In this document: positions 61,652 through 64,000 of the stretch, piece after piece
Layout: every line of letters begins with the position of its first letter
Position numbering within the stretch: position 1 is the first letter of the stretch
Assembly (NCBI GenBank): GCA_937920495.1
Contig: CALEUQ010000039.1
Span: forward strand, 8,802 to 72,801
Length of the DNA stretch: 64,000 bases
Reading direction: 5' to 3'
From: an uncultured bacterium
Lineage (GTDB): Bacteria > Spirochaetota > UBA4802 > UB4802
Made by a program: the position numbers and the translations under genes
Notes under the pieces: model-generated
Database searches by the model: none
Told to the model about the DNA's origin: nothing
What the model saw: the letters and a program-made list of their open reading frames with translations, nothing else

Positions 61652-62326
61652 ATGAAGAAGATTATATATGGATGTATAACAGTGCTATTATGCTGTTCAA
61701 TTGGCATTATTTACGCACAGGATGAAAAGTCAAAAGAAGCACAGAAGGTGTTAGAACAGGAAAAACAGCTTAGCGATCAGGTTTATAAAGAAGTTACTCT
61801 GGAAGACTTTGAAACAACAGAATATACTGATAAAAATATAAGTTTACGCGTGGTTAAGGATGAAAAAGCTGCAGTTGCAATGCGTACAGACTATCCTGCT
61901 CCAATACAAAATTCAAAACGATATTTAGGTGTAAAGGTTTTTGCTAAAAGTGGTTCAGTCCTGACAATCATACCAGCAAAACCTCTGATTATTGATAAAT
62001 ATTGCAAATACATAAACATGTGGGTGTATGGAAAGAATTTTTCTGGCGAACTCTCAATTTTAGTGAAAGATGCAAATGACAATATAAAACGACTGGTTAT
62101 GGGAAAATTAAACTTCTTAGGCTGGCGTAAATTGTCAGTACCAATTACCGATGAGATAGCCCAGGAAGACAAATACCTGGCACAGAAAAGAAACATAGAA
62201 ATTGTAAAGATACTCTACAATCCAAGCACCTTAGAACGCCTTCCTGCGTGGAATTACTTCTATATTGACGACATTACCGCCATTGTACGTGAAAAATACA
62301 TAGACAAGCAAAGCGACGAGTGGTAA
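61652..62326 (+). CDS. Hypothetical secreted protein.
   Basis: This is a 224-aa ORF with a signal peptide (MKKIIYGCITVLLCCSIGIIYAQ). It has a strong promoter and RBS. Confidence 0.45.
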   Translation: MKKIIYGCITVLLCCSIGIIYAQDEKSKEAQKVLEQEKQLSDQVYKEVTLEDFETTEYTDKNISLRVVKDEKAAVAMRTDYPAPIQNSKRYLGVKVFAKSGSVLTIIPAKPLIIDKYCKYINMWVYGKNFSGELSILVKDANDNIKRLVMGKLNFLGWRKLSVPITDEIAQEDKYLAQKRNIEIVKILYNPSTLERLPAWNYFYIDDITAIVREKYIDKQSDEW

Positions 62327-62395
62327 AACATAACACTACAGGGATGCAGACAAACCGCATCCCTGTTCATACATCTTTTTTCTTGGAATGATACA

Positions 62396-62905
62396 ATGGA
62401 AGTAGCTCTGTTAATAGCAGCGATACTATGTGCCATCGGTGGCATTCTGGGGTCAATTTTCCCAATACTTCCCGGTCCACCGTTAAGCTTCTTTGCACTT
62501 ATCCTCATGAATTTTAGCGGTTTTGCTTCTTTTAGCTTCACTGTGTTGCTTATATCAGGAACTATCGCCGCACTATTAACGGTGCTTGATTATATACTGC
62601 CATCATGGATTATTAACCGCTTTGGTGGTTCAAAGAAAGGTGCAATTGGATCCATGATTGGATTGATAGTGGGAAGTATTGTATTGCCGTTTATTGGCAT
62701 AATCATAGGCCCTTTTATTGGTGCGTTGATAGGTGAACTTTTGGCAGGAAATAATACAAGGTCGGCATTGAAAGCGGCATTGCTCACCTTTATGGGATTT
62801 TTAATAAGTACCGGGTTAAAGTTGGGGTATACAATAACCATAGCATATTATATTGCAAAAGCATTAATGGGGCAACCTGAAGCTTTTGATTACCCCATTA
62901 TCTAA
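62396..62905 (+). CDS. DUF456-family small membrane protein.
   Basis: The sequence LLIAAILCAIGGILGSIFPILPGPPLSF... matches the DUF456 N-terminal pattern. Four TM segments are predicted. Confidence 0.55.
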   Translation: MEVALLIAAILCAIGGILGSIFPILPGPPLSFFALILMNFSGFASFSFTVLLISGTIAALLTVLDYILPSWIINRFGGSKKGAIGSMIGLIVGSIVLPFIGIIIGPFIGALIGELLAGNNTRSALKAALLTFMGFLISTGLKLGYTITIAYYIAKALMGQPEAFDYPII

Positions 62906-62916
62906 TTACCCACACA

Positions 62917-63702
62917 TTACCTACCTTTAAAATTTGCTTCGCGGCGCTCAATAAAGGCTCTGACCCCTTCCTGTGCATCTTCACTTCTCATAATGGGCAA
63001 AAGGTCGGGAAGTAACCGCGCCAGTGCAGCTTTTGCTCCTTCAACACGTGAAAGGCGGGCTGAACGCAGTATGGCTTTTACCCCCAGTGGTGCCTGCTTT
63101 GCAATAACTTCTGCAATTTCTATTGCGCGTGCAAGCTCTTTTCCCGGCTCAACCAGCTCCTGCACCAGCCCAAGACGGTAGGCTTCCTGTGCATTCATCT
63201 CATCACCCGTGAGTAAATACCGCATGGCATTGCCCCAGCCTATCTCCTCAAAAAGCCGTACTGTGGCGCCACCCACCGGATAAATACCACGCTTTACCTC
63301 AATTTGAGCCAGTCGCAGGTTAGTAGCCGCAACACGAACATCGGTAGCAAGCATAAGCTCCCAGCCAACAGTAAAGCAAATACCCTGCAGGGCAGCCACA
63401 ACTGGCTTACCCACCCGGTTATCCTCATCAATACCAAAGGGATCCTTGCTGCCTTCAGGAAGTTTTGGATACTCACCTTTTGAAAACGGCTCCACCCATT
63501 GAACCAGATCAAGCCCACCGGTGAAATGCTCACCATGCGCAAAGAGTACACCACAACGCACATCATCATCAGCATCAAGCGTGCCATAGGCCTTTGCAAG
63601 GTCCCAGTACATTTCAACATCAAATGCATTGCGCTTTTCAGGACGGTTTAGCCCAATCAGTAAAATATGCCCCTTCTTTTCTACAGTTATTTTTTGTGTC
63701 AT
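62917..63702 (-). CDS. Enoyl-CoA hydratase/isomerase (crotonase) family protein.
   Basis: The protein shows ...GLNRPEKRNAFD... and ...FTGGLDL.... The start is at M7. The gene is visibly more GC-rich than its surroundings. Confidence 0.85.
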   Translation of the reverse strand: MTQKITVEKKGHILLIGLNRPEKRNAFDVEMYWDLAKAYGTLDADDDVRCGVLFAHGEHFTGGLDLVQWVEPFSKGEYPKLPEGSKDPFGIDEDNRVGKPVVAALQGICFTVGWELMLATDVRVAATNLRLAQIEVKRGIYPVGGATVRLFEEIGWGNAMRYLLTGDEMNAQEAYRLGLVQELVEPGKELARAIEIAEVIAKQAPLGVKAILRSARLSRVEGAKAALARLLPDLLPIMRSEDAQEGVRAFIERREANFKGR

Positions 63703-64000
63703 ACAAACCTCAATATACAATATTCATATTTTGTATTAATACACATTATTACCATTTCATGTCAATTCATAATAATTTTTATATGTGGCGATAGTTACTG
63801 TTATAGAGCCTTATTCTTAGTTATGTGACCAGCCGCTCCTGCGATCAATTGCTATCAGTACAAGACAAATTAAAAACACCACCAGGACATGGGGCACATC
63901 ATCACGAATAGTACATTGCATTTTACGAGAAAATAATCCAGCCTGTGCAATACAACCAATCACTAAACTCTCTTCATAAATCAAAAACTGATTTTTTAAA

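Noticed and set aside
63810-63956. Possible 48-aa GTG-start minus-strand ORF at the right window edge.
   Set aside because: It is short, has no RBS and encodes nothing recognisable. The region may instead belong to a gene continuing beyond the window.

Overview
This is a 64-kb window from an AT-rich (roughly 38-40% GC) diderm bacterium. It carries TolC-like, HlyD, Mla and outer-membrane beta-barrel genes.

The left edge holds the promoter-proximal end of a type III-B CRISPR-Cas effector operon on the minus strand. It runs cmr1 and then cas10/cmr2, with an HD motif, a treble-clef Zn finger and a GGDD cyclase motif; its downstream genes lie off the window. No CRISPR array, tRNA or rRNA is present in the window.

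Next to cmr1, after a 970-bp gene-free spacer, lies the most interesting region. It starts with a 527-aa protein that has an N-terminal CARF-like sensor domain (D-I-T-G-G-K-K signature) fused to a C-terminal caspase/CHAT-like His-Cys peptidase domain (4543-6126, +). A minus-strand operon converges on this gene. It encodes an ECF sigma factor, a translationally coupled zinc-binding (HxxxCxxC) anti-sigma factor and a 680-aa DUF3800/helical protein (9378-6140). The architecture resembles the cyclic-oligoadenylate-activated protease signalling arms CalpL/CalpT/CalpS and SAVED-CHAT. The sensor/protease combination differs from both, so it is a candidate new type III accessory signalling module. It is followed by a GAF/HD-GYP phosphodiesterase and a tandem cNMP-binding protein.

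The rest of the window is largely housekeeping and transport:
- Housekeeping genes: DJ-1/PfpI, pth, a STAS protein, rnpB (RNase P RNA, minus strand, hidden under spurious ORFs), rsmD, rpmB, sppA, nnr, acyl-CoA dehydrogenase, a LOG-family protein, a gpsA fusion, rpoD, dnaG, yqeY, pyrR, carB and mlaDFE.
- An efflux operon: TetR, TolC-like outer-membrane protein, HlyD and a four-gene ABC-2 set (ybhGFSR-like).
- A biosynthetic cluster: zinc alcohol dehydrogenase, a membrane protein, two GT4 glycosyltransferases and two methyltransferases.
- A RelE/ParE toxin with a ribbon-helix-helix antitoxin.
- Two MFS transporters.

Noncoding highlights:
- A palindrome plus 19-bp tandem array.
- Two pairs of paralogous intergenic elements, one pair with a hairpin showing compensatory changes.
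- A strongly over-represented GGCGATAGTT-type motif scattered through coding and noncoding DNA.
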